NCBI RefSeq assembly: GCF_964204645.1
Contig: NW_027437442.1
Coordinates: forward strand, 1 to 64,000
Direction: 5' to 3'
Length of the DNA: 64,000 bases
Origin: Tubulanus polymorphus
Lineage: Eukaryota > Animalia > Nemertea
The notes beneath the pieces were generated by a model. The model made no database searches, was not told the DNA's origin, and saw nothing but the letters and a program-made list of their open reading frames with translations. Positions 11,946 through 24,788 of this stretch are shown piece after piece. A program made the position numbers and the translations under genes. Position 1 is the stretch's first letter; each line of letters opens with the position of its first letter.

Positions 11946-14522
11946 AGCGATCCCGGTAACGATTTTTGCGTCAGTACCACATTAAAATTGTCCAAACTAT
12001 GTAGATATCAATATACAATCTTTGGATGCAGAATTAGTATTTATTGAAGAAGTTATGACCAATAAAAGAAAAAATACAAAATATACAATTATTTATGCAA
12101 ATTTAGAATAATAATTGCAATAAAGTCATTCCAAAAGACTCGCTGTGCGGCGTGTCATAGGTACCACAGGCGTAATTGTATGGAACCATATGTAGCCCTG
12201 TCGCTTGAATGACATAATGCAGATGAGCTTCTGTGAACATGTATTATTGAAATGTTTTAATGTGCAAGCTCAAATATGAAGGTGTCGTAATATGGATATG
12301 AAAGTTCCACGAATTGGATCCTCAATAGTTGAGCTGTCCTGCAGGTGATGACAAACGACATCCAACATACCGGGGAAATGGCTTGAAAGAACAGTTTCAG
12401 TAGACACCCTACACACCAATTTGGTGATGTCAGTACAGCACAGTTGGCAGTCGATACCCTACACACCAGTTTCGTGTTGTCAGTACAGGACAGTTGATAG
12501 CTTAAAACCTAAAACACCCCATCATTTTACATTGGTAACGTAAGGGATTATCCAAAATGATCGACACCTGGCCAATATGTTTTACTCCTCCGCTTACGAG
12601 AGGGGGGGGGGGAATAAATATTTGAAAATATTCTGGCTGAAATATCGACTCACCTATATGTTTTATGAAAGGTAAAAAGCCCATACTATAACATTATTAT
12701 TAAATGTCGCATTTCCTAATAGTTTTTGACTTTTTTAATTATCTCTTAATTAGGGTTTTCTGACTTTCGTCGAAAACCCTCTTGAAATTCTGTTGATTAT
12801 CATTATTATTATATATTTTCCGCCGATTTCGTCAAATAAAATTCATCTTCATTCAGATTCGGCAACTGACAGCTTCGAAACGAAATGTATAAATTGATAC
12901 TGTAATAACGGTCTCTCTGAACCAACAGATTGTCTGAATGTACTTTCCATCCTATTTGAAACTTAAAATTACTTATTAGGTTACTGTAAATAAAGAATTG
13001 AATTGAATTCTTAGACAACAAGCACCAGCGAAATCACAGTTTGTGACGTCATTTAGTAAGTAAATAAAGGAGGGCTCCGAGAATTTCCAAATCACGGGGG
13101 ACTATACTGGGGTTAGACCAATCAACCAAAAAGAGGATTGCTCCGATAATATCCAAATCATCTCATTTTATTTTTTCCATCGAAAACCCGGTAATTAATT
13201 TTTCCTTTCGATCACATGCATCCAGAAAACCCGTTATCGCTGCTTTACAGCTATATTTATTACTTTGTTTTTTTTGGGTAATAATGACGCTCATTCAAGC
13301 ATGAACTTGCGTTGAAAATATTATAATCATCACACGGAGGAAAATGCTCTGATGATCACATTTCAATTCGTATGTGCGATGTGCCTTTTAAGCATTTAGA
13401 AATATCAAAATTATATATATATCATCATAATCATCCAAACCTCATGATTATCTTCGCACTGGATTCATGAGAAACAATGAAAATAAAGATGACCGTAAAA
13501 GGCATATGTCCTAAGGGAGCACCTCAAAATGTCAATAGTTTCATCAATTAGAATAACTGTCTAATTGATTTTATGGCCTACATGGCCATACCCTGGCCAT
13601 ATGCTAAGATAAATGAACATCGGGGGAAGCACGCTTCGCTGATAGGCACATCTGTACACCTTTTCTGAAACTTTTCTTACACCTTTTGTAGGAAAACCTA
13701 GATACGGAATAAAAACAACTTTAAAGCTTGTTTGTTTGTAATAAATCTTTTATATTTTGCGTAATCTCATAAACACAACACCTCGAAATCATTTAAAATA
13801 AAACTATTGTTGGTATATGGTCGTAGTTTCACTGGTGCCACAAGGAGGACCAAGTACTTCATCAAAATAACCCAAACATCGACCCAGTAGAATATACGAA
13901 GACATTAGTTACTACGCATAATGTGAATTATTGATTATTAAACAAAATTGTATTAGGTTTCATTTTAATGAGATGTACATGAAGCGAGTAGGCACGTTGT
14001 CGGTCGTGCCATTAGTTTGTACATATGCGAAATATAAACCGTCTGTAAAAAGTCGTTTAAACGTACCGCAAATATTCCCTCGAACGACGAAAGAAAAACA
14101 TGTTTCTACCATTTTAAATAAGCGATGAATTTTATTCGCTCAGACTCCAGTGTCCACATTAACCCGTCACATAAGTATAACAAGAAAATTAATTTTAATA
14201 AATTATTTGACGGCTGCAAAGAAAAAGTAGAATTTTTGGGATAAGCTAATGTGGAATTGCAAATTTGAAATCGAAGCTTTGAGAAATGTGGGGATATTAT
14301 GATATTTGGCGATTGGGTAGATGATACCAGTCGTCTTCGACTGTAGTGGTGGTTTTCGTTATTGAAAATCGTCAATGAATAATTAATAACTTGTGACCGA
14401 CTTCATTCCGTTTCCCTCTAAGCTGGTGTACAACTTCATTGCCTCCGTGGTTGGGGAAAGAGCTCGTATGATGTCTCCTTCATCATATTCGTAGAGTAGC
14501 CGTGTTAACCAGGTTTAAAATT

Positions 14523-14616
14523 AGTAACGAGACGAGTAAATATTGTATAGGTTAACTATTTATTTGCGTGCGTCAAATGAATAGTTAACTTATACAGTAA
14601 TACTCGTCTCGTTACT
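14523..14616. repeat. Short foldback (MITE-like hairpin)
   Basis: AGTAACGAGACGAGTA...GTTAACTATT pairs with AATAGTTAAC...TACTCGTCTCGTTACT. Confidence 0.75.
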
Positions 14617-16891
14617 CCTTCATCACAGTGACCTTGGAGCATATCATGTGGCCTAGCCAGCCGGCCCGGCCGGTCCCCGGTTTGGTTCTCATTTACGCTC
14701 GATATCCTCTTGAGTCTGGGTTGAAGACAATTTCATTTAGAATATTATTCTGTATGAATTACGCATGTGTTTTGTATGTTGTATTTTCTTATTTTAAAAT
14801 TTTAAACTTTTTTGGGAATTTTATATGTAATAAAGATCAATCAAGAATTGAATTGAATTGTCGCGTAATACACATGCCATCAGAGGACACGGAGCCGTAT
14901 ATGACAGCTATGCTATTATAAATTGCTATGCTATTATAAATTGCTAGTCTTATGAAACCTGCATACCCATAATATCGAACTAATTTTCTAAAACATTTGA
15001 ATATTGAAATATTATATGTTTACACATTTCTATATTGACCGCTTGTAGCCGCAGATGAAATTCACGCCGGCCCTACACGGATCGTAGATGGCTTCGACAT
15101 TCCACCAGCATCCCCATGTCAGGGTCTTAATTTTATATCAGACTTCCAAATCGTGTATACATCCGCCATTTTGACCGAATATCCGATTTTCTTATCATTT
15201 TGAGTTTTCTTTTCATTTTGCTTCTGAAATAATCATACATCCATTACTATTACAATACGTCTTCCAATGGTATTCAATGCAATATATAGCATTCCGATGT
15301 TCAAATAAAGGTCATTATATAATCACAGGAAGCCATTCAACATCTTTGTCAATAATATTATGCCAAATAGCTTGTATGTGTACACATAGACCTGTGACGT
15401 TTTACACATCGATTTACGGTAGTCGTTTGTAAAATGACGCTGAATGGTTAACATTGTTTAGGTTTCATTATGGTAACGTTTTATAAGGCGTCAAAAAATT
15501 TCATGGTTTTATACTGAGTGCGGTGATCTGTTGTGTACCATAATAATTTCGCATTCGACACTGATAGGTATTTTCTTCGATGCTTCCAACACGTATAGTC
15601 CTCTACACACGCCTCAGTGGCCTTCTATACAATAGTGACATCTGGTGGATATTCATTTGCCACATTGGAATCCCCGATAGATTCGAAGAAGGCATCGCAA
15701 TTTTACCCCAGGTTCGAATTAAGATATATTCGTTTAGTTCTCGTATTGTAAGTAGCAATGCTTTACCTTACACGACACTTTTAATCAGCCGACTTAAACA
15801 AATAAATAGTGTTCATAGAATATATCATTCATAATACCTTCCTTTGATGAGAAAACTTGCAGTTTCTTCTTCTTTTGAAAGAAAGCCGCGTTCTCTCACG
15901 GGTTTTTGTTTATCCGTCTTTTGGCCGCGAATTGAAATCAATCTTAAGCATTCGAACTGAGTGCTATATTTACACCCAAATGAACCGGTTTTCGCGAAAT
16001 CGTTCTTTCTGTCCACGAGCATGTATACTGCATTAATCATATATTGCGTGTATACATTGAGAGCATATTCGACTAAATTTCGAATTAACAGCGCATAGGT
16101 ACAACCAGTGAAACGGATAGAGGCTTCCTACGAGAAAGTAAGGTAAGAAAGTCATTGAGAATAAGCAAAACTTGATTACATTCGTTACCGACACCAATTC
16201 TCAAGATTTTCTAATTCTGGCTCTGCAGTGTTCACCCTCGCGACCGGGCTATTTTCAGAAACCAATCAATGAAGCTGTTAAATCCTGCAAAATTTGACAC
16301 TGATACGGTGCGGGCTACCATACATTACCGGTACTGAAAACTTCTCATAGCAGAATAACAGATTTTAGCATATGCTTTAGTTTAAAGGTGCATTCTAAAA
16401 ATTTGAAACAAAAATGATATAACTTCTCAACATGTGTGTAGTTGTATGTGTTTGTTTGCGTGTTTTGCACAAAATACTATGTAACAAAAAACAAAAGTTC
16501 AATGGTTTGTGAAGAGTGAATTTTGATTTTCCGAAGTCTGTGTTTTGAAATACACGCCACTGTAAACAGAGGAAAAGCAATGTGGTACCACCGTAAAGTG
16601 GATTATTCAGTCGTACTAACGATATTTATCAAAACCTTGCAATAAGAAAAAAGTATACGGTGAGATTTAGTTTCAAAATGAATTCAAACTAGATCTCTTT
16701 CTAAACGATTTTCTATGTCATGTATTAAAGCAACTAAAAGGGAAATCCAATGATTTGTCGAATGGGGATTTTAATTGTCCTAAGATACAAATTGATAAGG
16801 CAGCGTAATATACTGAATGTTACTGTTACTACCAGTGCTCAGGGAACACGGGTTAGATTTGTATGAAGTGAATCAAACAGGAAATAAATGT

Positions 16892-17696
16892 TCATTTGAT
16901 TGAAATTCTACAGCAGATCTTTATACAGAAATAATCACGGATTTCACGTTCCAGTAAAAGATATACGTAAAAATTCACGAAGTTACAAACATGGAATAGT
17001 GTGAAAATATCAAATAGAAATTCTCTCTGTTCCGTCGATAGTGTTAAAAATGAAATGATAGTAGGTGGAAGCGTAAACATTGCGAATGCGAGTGAAACTG
17101 TTACAAGCATTATTGTTGTACGTTTTGATTTTGTAGTTTTCTGATCAGATAACACCATTTTTGAACCCCGAAATAAGTGAACGATTATAACAGAGTTTGA
17201 TATGATAATCAAAGTCAACGCTATAAGGTTTCCGTAGCTGACAATTATGGTAAAAACGTTATTTGGTCAAACATCAGAAACCTGTCAGAAAAATGTATCG
17301 CCAGAACAGGTGTCAGGTATAGAACCAGCGCATTCACTGCAGATATTGTCAGTATAGCATATCTCGCGATTCTAGGTGTACAAATCAAACAGGATGTGAC
17401 CGGGAAGAGTACAACTATCACACGTTCTATTGAAATAGCAACTATCAACCACGAACTATTTGCGCCACCAAGCTCCACCAAAAATTCATAGACTTTACAA
17501 TTGATCGCCGAGGTCATCACTGATATGGGAATTATCTTAACGTGAAAGAGAACAGACTGTAAAACCGGCATAAAAGTTAAACGTATGCAGTAAATAGAAT
17601 CACTGAGAGACAAAGCGATCGAATAGCTAGCGTAAGATAAACGGCGGAATCTACCACGTGTCATTATCAGAAAAGTAGCCGAATTCCCAAATACTC
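16892..17696 (-). pseudogene. Class A (rhodopsin-like) GPCR resembling invertebrate peptide/FMRFamide receptors; frameshift near 17260
   Basis: After acceptor TTTCTTTTAG: GVFGNSATFLIM (TM1), YSIALSLSDS (TM2), CKVYEF...SSWLIVAISIERVIVVLFP (TM3, ERV in place of DRY), then a frame change to TM5-7 with TTIMLVTVSLAFAMFTLP and NFYVYLLLEREIR. Confidence 0.8.
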
Positions 17697-18243
17697 CTAA
17701 AAGAAATTAAATAGGCAAACTGACCAATGACAGCATACGGTAGATTCCGGATCTGTTGTCCAAAGACCTGAGAATGATATAACTGATATAAGGTCAGCCG
17801 ATGTGCGTCCGCGTAAGATTCATCATTCACGTAGTATGCATACGTGTACAATGTAACGCATACGTATGAAATCGGTTTCTTATTTATAGAAACAAGCTCA
17901 TCTTATAGGTTGCATCATATGAAAGAATCGAGTTCCAGCAGTTTAACACAATATTAGACTGAAAGTTTTGTGAAAGCTTATTATTATTACACGAAATATA
18001 AATGTTACTAAATTGAAATGTGTTTTACGATAACTTTTTGAACAGGTAGGAAAGCTTTAACAAAAATTCATTTCGATTCGTTACCAGGGAGACGGAGAGA
18101 GAAAAGGAGAGGGGAGGTGGGAGGGAATGAGAGGAAATGGAGGGAGAGGCGGTATGGTTTCTGTACATTTTAAAGAAGTAGAAGTAATCGCTTCTCAGCC
18201 AATTGTCAACGCGAATTCTATTTACATTTCAGATTCAGCCTCT

Positions 18244-19140
18244 ATGGGTTTGGATAAAGATCTGTTTTTAGGTGAAATACCAGACGATTTAATTTGCTCG
18301 ATATGCGACAAAGTGTTTGCGGAACCGGTTGCGAACTGTTGTCCGCACGTGTTCTGCTCCAGTTGCATCCGACGAAGGCTGAAACTAAAAACCAGCAGAT
18401 TTTGTCCGATTTGCGAAACGCCGCTGAACGCTAAACCAAGCCAGCCACCAGAGGAGTTCAAGTCAAAACTACTCAGTTTGAAATTACGCTGCGTGAACCG
18501 CTGTGGCAGTGTTCACCCTTTATCGGCTCTTGCCGATCATTTGGCGACCGACTGCCCAAATGCACAACTCGAATGCGGGAATAGGATTCGCGGTTGTCTT
18601 CTGAAAATCAAACGGAAGGACTTCGACGCGCACGGACACACGTGTTCGTTCCGGATCGTGAATTGCGATGTATGTGGCATGCGCACTTTGTATTGCGACT
18701 TGTTCACGCATCAGAAACGGAAAAATTGCCTAAGCCAACGACTGCGCTGTGACGTATCCGAGGGTCGACGTTTAACCTCTGCCTCGGTACGCAGGCATTA
18801 TCAAGACCTGACAGCCGCGCAAAACCAGGTCAAAAAATCGGAGAAAAATTACTGGGAAAAAAGGGTTAGAACGGCAGATTTCTACAGCGGTCGGAGGCGT
18901 CCGATATCCCGCCCGTTAACCACGTGGTCGCAGGAGACGCTTCCTATCGGTGACTGGGGCGAACGACCAGACACGGCACGGACGTTCCTGACCAGTCGCC
19001 CGGGTACGAGAGACGCTTCGGAGATAGCTGAACGGCCCCTCACCAAGCCGATGACGTCATCGTTACAGAAATGTACGCGATGTTGTAAAACTGTCCAGAA
19101 CGGTGATCTCGAAAAACGCACGTGTTTTTATCACTGCGGG
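18244..19140 (+). CDS. RING (C3HC4) plus TRAF-type zinc-finger E3 ubiquitin ligase (RNF151/RNF41/PDZRN3-like N-terminus), main coding exon
   Basis: MGLDKDLF...DLICSICDKVFAEPVANCCPHVFCSSC...CPIC followed by three Cys/His TRAF-like fingers; acceptor ATTTCAG at 18231; donor GGG|GTAAGC at 19140. Confidence 0.88.
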
Positions 19141-20709
19141 GTAAGCGATATATGCTTCTTTCTTTGCCACCACCAGCTGGCGCATCTAGAACAAGCCGAG
19201 ACTGTTACACACACAAACTTAATAAAAGTGAATTGAAAGATCCTGGCTGCTTGCCAAAAGTGGCAACCTATGTTGTCTCAGTAGTTGAAGTCATATTGCA
19301 CAAGCGACACCTGGTGGTTCTTCACTTGCTTTCCGTGGAAAGTAGTTGATTATTTAATGTCCGATTGCATCCCTGGCCGATCCTCACTTGCCTAGATTGG
19401 AATGTTCAATTGCCAAAGTAGCCCAAATTCGATCAATCAAAGTAAAAACATCATTCTGTTTCTTCATTTTCATGTCGTCTACAATCCATTCAACAAACAG
19501 CCGGTAAGAAAAATCAAATATGTTTACTCGAAGATCTGATGGCTTCCACGATATAAATATTAGTCGGAACTGGTCTCACACCGGTCGTTTCCAACTGGTG
19601 CATAGTTGTCAGAAAAAAAGGCGTAGATTGATCTCAAGTTGTTAGATCGGTTATTAAACTAAAATTCGGTATCTGAATGTTGTTTGGTTATTAGATTGGC
19701 TATAGAACTTAATCAGCTAAGACTGGTCATGGGCCTCGACTGTGGAACATTGCCATCGAAATCTTAATTACGTTTAAAGCCTGAACGATATTTAAATGTG
19801 ATGCTTTATGTTTATTTTTCATACCTATAACGCAGATTCTGAAGTTATTTGTAAGTATGACAATTTTTTATCTCGTCTTCTAGTTATTAATATCGTTAAA
19901 AATATCACAAAAACAGAAAATTTTGATCAACTGGTTTTTTACTTCTATTTTCTATATTTTCGATTGGTCCACGTGCGCTTCTAGAGGGTAAGGACTTCCA
20001 TATTTTAAAATGATTGCATTGTTATTTTTAAATCTAATTTGTTAATTATGTCAATCAATGTTAAACAAAAACGTTCTGAATGTTCTAACATTCGACCAAT
20101 CAAAAGAGTAGCGAGTATTGATTAGCAATCGCAAAAAAAGAATCGTAGGTTCTCCCAGACCAAAACGTTGTCCTTTGAATGACGCCGCACCAAAACAACT
20201 TTAATCTTTTTTTTTATTTTAGCGCAAGAAAACCATAATTTATGTTTCATTATCTGTTTTCTTTTCTTTTATCTATGTTCGGCCGATTATTTCCGTTTAT
20301 TCTAAACAAAAAGGGGGTATGTATAGTTTTGTAGACTATTTGATTCTCTTCTGATTCGTATTTCTTAAAACAGGTTTTAGCTAAAAACCGTTTTGAATAT
20401 TGCTGCCCTCATCGAAAACGATAGTTTCCAATTGCAGCTAAAACCAAGAATTAGAGTTCGACTTTTTTTTTGCTTTAGCCACATAGCTCCATTCTTTAAA
20501 CGATTTTCGAATCAATAATTTTCGAATAAGCATCTAATTTGAATATGAAAACGCCTTAAAATGGGAAAGGCTTCCAATTCCAATTTGCTTAAATTACAGA
20601 AACAATGATCTAAATAGCAAACAATTTCGGAAAGCATCTAATTTAAATATGCAAATAATTTGTTGATACTGTGACAGAATCTGAATGCGTAAGCGATTTC
20701 TTTTTGCAG

Positions 20710-20817
20710 ACTTGCCAAAACTGTGGAGGTCTCGATACTCAACCGGCATGTAAAAGAGGACAGCACCTGTTTGACTCGCTTTCCAGGCCTTCAGGTACAC
20801 CTACCAGCGTCGACTAA
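20710..20817 (+). CDS. Probable last coding exon of the RING/TRAF gene
   Basis: Acceptor TTTTTGCAG; phase 0 matches the 19140 donor; TCQNCGGLDTQPACKRGQH...* completes the Cys/His motif begun by CTRC...CFYHCG. Confidence 0.65.
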   Translation, partial: TCQNCGGLDTQPACKRGQHLFDSLSRPSGTPTSVD

Positions 20818-21899
20818 ACGTTTAAAACTGGCACCAACTACTAGTGTCAGACGTTTGAGTAGCAATACAAACGAGGACTCTGTGACTCCGGCAATCGACG
20901 AATCCGCTTGGATCAACCTGGTGTCACAGCCAAAATTTGAACAACGATGCCCGATTTCTTATACGATGTAATCAGCTATATTCGTAATTTCCCCTTAATT
21001 TTCAAAATTAGAAATATTTTTCCATGCATCTTTAATCTTCAAAGTAAAACTTTTTGTTAGGTATCAACAACGCAATTGTCGGGTCGCGGGAGTAGCTTCT
21101 GTGTTGAAAATGAGTGAAATTAAGATGCAAAGAGAAACAGTTTCACAATTTCTAGCATATTTGGTTGGGATGAACATTTTCTTCCTTTCCCCCTCATTTT
21201 GGCCTCAAATAAAATAAGCAATTTTTAGCAATGATTGAATCTTTCGGTATCAATGCTCAAGGCGGATCTTAAGTCACTAAGCAGGGGAGAGGTTCCCTTT
21301 TGATCCGTTTACAGATGGTGTTTGGATTCATTTTAAATATTCTCGATGACTATAGAATGTAATATTCTTTTATTTTGTGAAAACGGAGTGTTTCATAAAG
21401 GTTAACCTATGGAAGTAGCCACGCAAATGCAATTTTAATAGATTTGAAATTTTGGTGGAATTTTTAATTTCATTGGTTGATCGATGAAAAATGAGGTCAT
21501 ATTCGTCACGATACGTGAGCTTTAGGAGGCTATTAGTTCGTGGCTCCTATCGCAAGGGGTTGTACGATATAGGTATTGGGGCTTTATTGGTTTGACTGGT
21601 TGTCGGTGAATTCAGTTCAAGTTTCGATATATTCTAATTCACAATAACTTTACACCAATAGACTTTCAAGATAGTTTCCTTTTTGTTTAATAAGTGATAG
21701 TTCTACTTATTTTGCCTTACTGAAGAAAACGTGTTCCAGTGAAAATTGCGGTTTTCTTGATAAATCCATGTACATAACCTTGTACATCCTGCCAAAACCT
21801 AGAAATGAATCTATTGTTATTATTATCATACTTATTAGATAGATTTATTAACTGCAATTGTTTTTACGTTATATATTCTTACAGATTGATGTATAGTAC

Positions 21900-22830
21900 C
21901 GTTATGTAAGTTTGTGCTGTTACATTAGACAATAAAGGAAATATAAAATGTAAGAACAAGCCAGCGATGATAGTACAGAGAAAGCTGGTGCTTACGTATG
22001 TCACCCTCAACAGTTACAAAATTACTAAAGTAAAAAAAAGATAAATAACATAAAATATCATGGTAATATCATTAGAAATAGTAAAAACATCATGACCAAA
22101 TATATATCTATACCTCAAAGTTAGGGGTAATGCGTAAACGATGATTTTAGATGAAAATAAATAATCTATTGACGTAAATTATTAAATAAAACGTATAAAT
22201 GGTGAATGACAAGGACTTTTCGGGTTAGAAGGTAATTAGTAATTTTCTGATGCTTTTTAAGATTAAAAACAATTAATATTGAACGTACAGATGGTAGGAA
22301 AATGCATTCCAAATACTACTAGGTCCTTGTATCTAATGATTGTACTTTAGAATGAGGAGCATCGTTCTGGAACAGTGTTTGAATTCTGAATATAACTGAT
22401 TCTGTGATCGAGATCATAGGTGATCGAGAGTTGTTCGAGACAAATACTGTGAGCATGTTATTAATATTAGGAACGATACATTTTAAGGGCTAGATATCTA
22501 TTGATTTGACTTTTGCATGATTTAGAAATTCCACATTTCCAGGGGCAGTTACAGAACATCACTAGAAGTTTTCTTTTCGGAAATTTAGAAATTAACAATA
22601 GATATAGAAAATTCAAAAAGATTTTTCGTTTAAAAAAAAGGGTGAAACATTCTCTTGTACAAGCTCACTGTATGTTACTTCGAAGCAGTATTATTTCATT
22701 ATCAATGTATATTGTTTTTTCGTTAATTCTTGAAACATTCGGATGACTTGATAAGAAATTTCTCAATATAGAAGATCGCATGAATTTACTCACATTTTCC
22801 ATTTTTTTATTCGTAAATTAATTTTGGTGC
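21900..22830 (-). mobile_element. Highly degraded 3' fragment of a CR1/L2-type LINE
   Basis: Broken minus-strand frames resemble an ORF2 C-terminus (IRYKGP...IWNAF-like motif near 22300-22340) followed by a 3'-UTR-like segment. Confidence 0.4.
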
Positions 22831-23508
22831 AGTTGAGGTATCGTTCATTCGTGATGAAGATGGTATTATATAACGATCTATGGCTATCGAAATTAAATCG
22901 ACCAGTGATCAGCCGCCGAGTTTGAATGTTTATGTTTATGTCATCGCTATTAGATGATTTAATGCCTATCCGATGAAGACGGTTATTTATTGTATTGTAG
23001 CTAAATTTGATATCGTCGGCAACGCTACTGTGATAATCGGAATTCCGCTATTATCCACCAGGTTCGCGTCGACGCTGGATTTCTTCTAAAATCGATTAAA
23101 ATCGAACAATAATGAAAATCGTGGCATATATGAATTCTAAAGACTTATCAGAGTTTATGCCGATGCGTGATTTGCCCAATTTTAGGTAAGGGAGACCGAA
23201 AATTTAGATCAAAGTTACTTGACAATGAACGAATTTTTATCGAGTGTGTCTGATACCTCAGTTGCGCCATCGGACGGGATAGCTGGTGTGCCGGTTCCCC
23301 ATTGCATTTAGATTCGACATCAGACGCCTGATGATGGTCTCTAGACAGAGTTCAATACGTCGATGTTTTTTAAATTAAAATTGTAAATTTTACTGATAAA
23401 TTCCGAATTTAATTTTTCATTAATTCGTATAAATAATATACTTATTCGACTTTTCATCATGAACATATGAGTCTACAGGTTATTCTAACTTACGTTATTA
23501 ATTGCGGC

Positions 23509-24193
23509 TTACATGTTAAACCAGAAAACTATCGCCGATGCGATTAAGAAACCTTCCAAATGCGAGCGCTGCGCGGCCGAGATATGAAGACTGGTTTTGA
23601 TCGCCACGACTCTTGTCGGGGCCCCGCTCCCGCCGCGGATCTTCATAGGATAGACTGTAGCGATTGAACCCGTTGTCGGCAAGGCTGTCATGTCGGCTAC
23701 ATTTTCAATGGCCCAGATTTTATTTCCGAGAAAAATATGATGCACGGGGAGGGTGGTCGAAGGGCCGATATCAAAGCTCGGCGCGTCTACGCAGACTCCA
23801 ACGATTCTGCGATGCTTAACTAGAAAATCGGCCACCTCAGATGAAAATCCCGGGAAGTGGAAAAGGACGTTGTTATTTTCATCCATAAATTGATCAGCGC
23901 CTGCGTATTTCTTCATTCCTTCGTCGTAAAATCGGGAGGTGCCCGATTCTAGAAATAGGATGGCTCCGTCTGGGATACGACCGTGTTTCGATTCCCAGGC
24001 CAAAACGTCATTCGTCGTCAGGGAGTAGTCTTTGTTCGTAGCCGCCTGCGTACGAACGGAGATTTTCACAGCGGGGCCGATCAGTCGGTAGGTCGGAATT
24101 TCGTCGACGTGCCATCCCCCATAGATGAAATGGGCTGGTGAATCCATATGCGTGCCAACATGCTCCCCGGATTCATAATTTCCGTTTTCGATC
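23509..24193 (-). CDS. Cyclase-family (kynurenine formamidase/isatin hydrolase-like) metal-dependent hydrolase, exon 3
   Basis: EHVGTHMDSPAHF (HxGTHxDxPxH), HFPGFS, VGVCVDAPSFD, AIENVA, PMKIRGGSGAPTRVVA; hydrophobic C-terminal tail; acceptor TATTCTAG; phase joins exon 2 (TG|G = Trp). Confidence 0.93.
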
Positions 24194-24387
24194 CTAGAAT
24201 ATTGAATGAATGAATGATTTATTTACTTATAATATGTACAAGATTATATATAAACATAGTTTCTTTGGATATTATTGCATAGATAAATAGACATATATAA
24301 GAAGGACAACCCCAAGCCCTAGGGGCTGAGCCTGATAGGGGGATGCCCTGAGAAAAAAAAATAAACTAAGTGATAGATACATATAAA

Positions 24388-24520
24388 GATAATAATGATA
24401 ATAATACTAATAATAATAACAATAATAATAAAATGGCACACATGGTTATGATTAAATTAAAATGATAATACTAATAACAATAATGATGATAATAACAATA
24501 ATGATGATAATAATAATAAT

Positions 24521-24602
<82 letters not shown>

Positions 24603-24609
24603 ATTAATA

Positions 24610-24689
<80 letters not shown>

Positions 24690-24765
24690 TATAACAAACA
24701 AACGGCACACATGGTCATGATAATACTAACAATGATGATAACTATAACAGCAATTCATTATCAAT
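24388..24765. repeat. (AAT)n/(AATGAT)n microsatellite in the LINE 3' UTR
   Basis: Seen directly in the sequence. Confidence 0.95.
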
Positions 24766-24788
24766 AAATTAGTTTAAAATTGTGGAAG

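Noticed and set aside
18127-18243. N-terminal extension of the RING ORF (MRGNGGRGG...)
   Set aside because: Purine-rich low complexity with an acceptor at 18231; family similarity starts at MGLD. The ORF tail after 19140 is likewise intron read-through.
24462-24767. Poly-Asn and poly-Ile ORFs
   Set aside because: Translation of an (AAT)n microsatellite.
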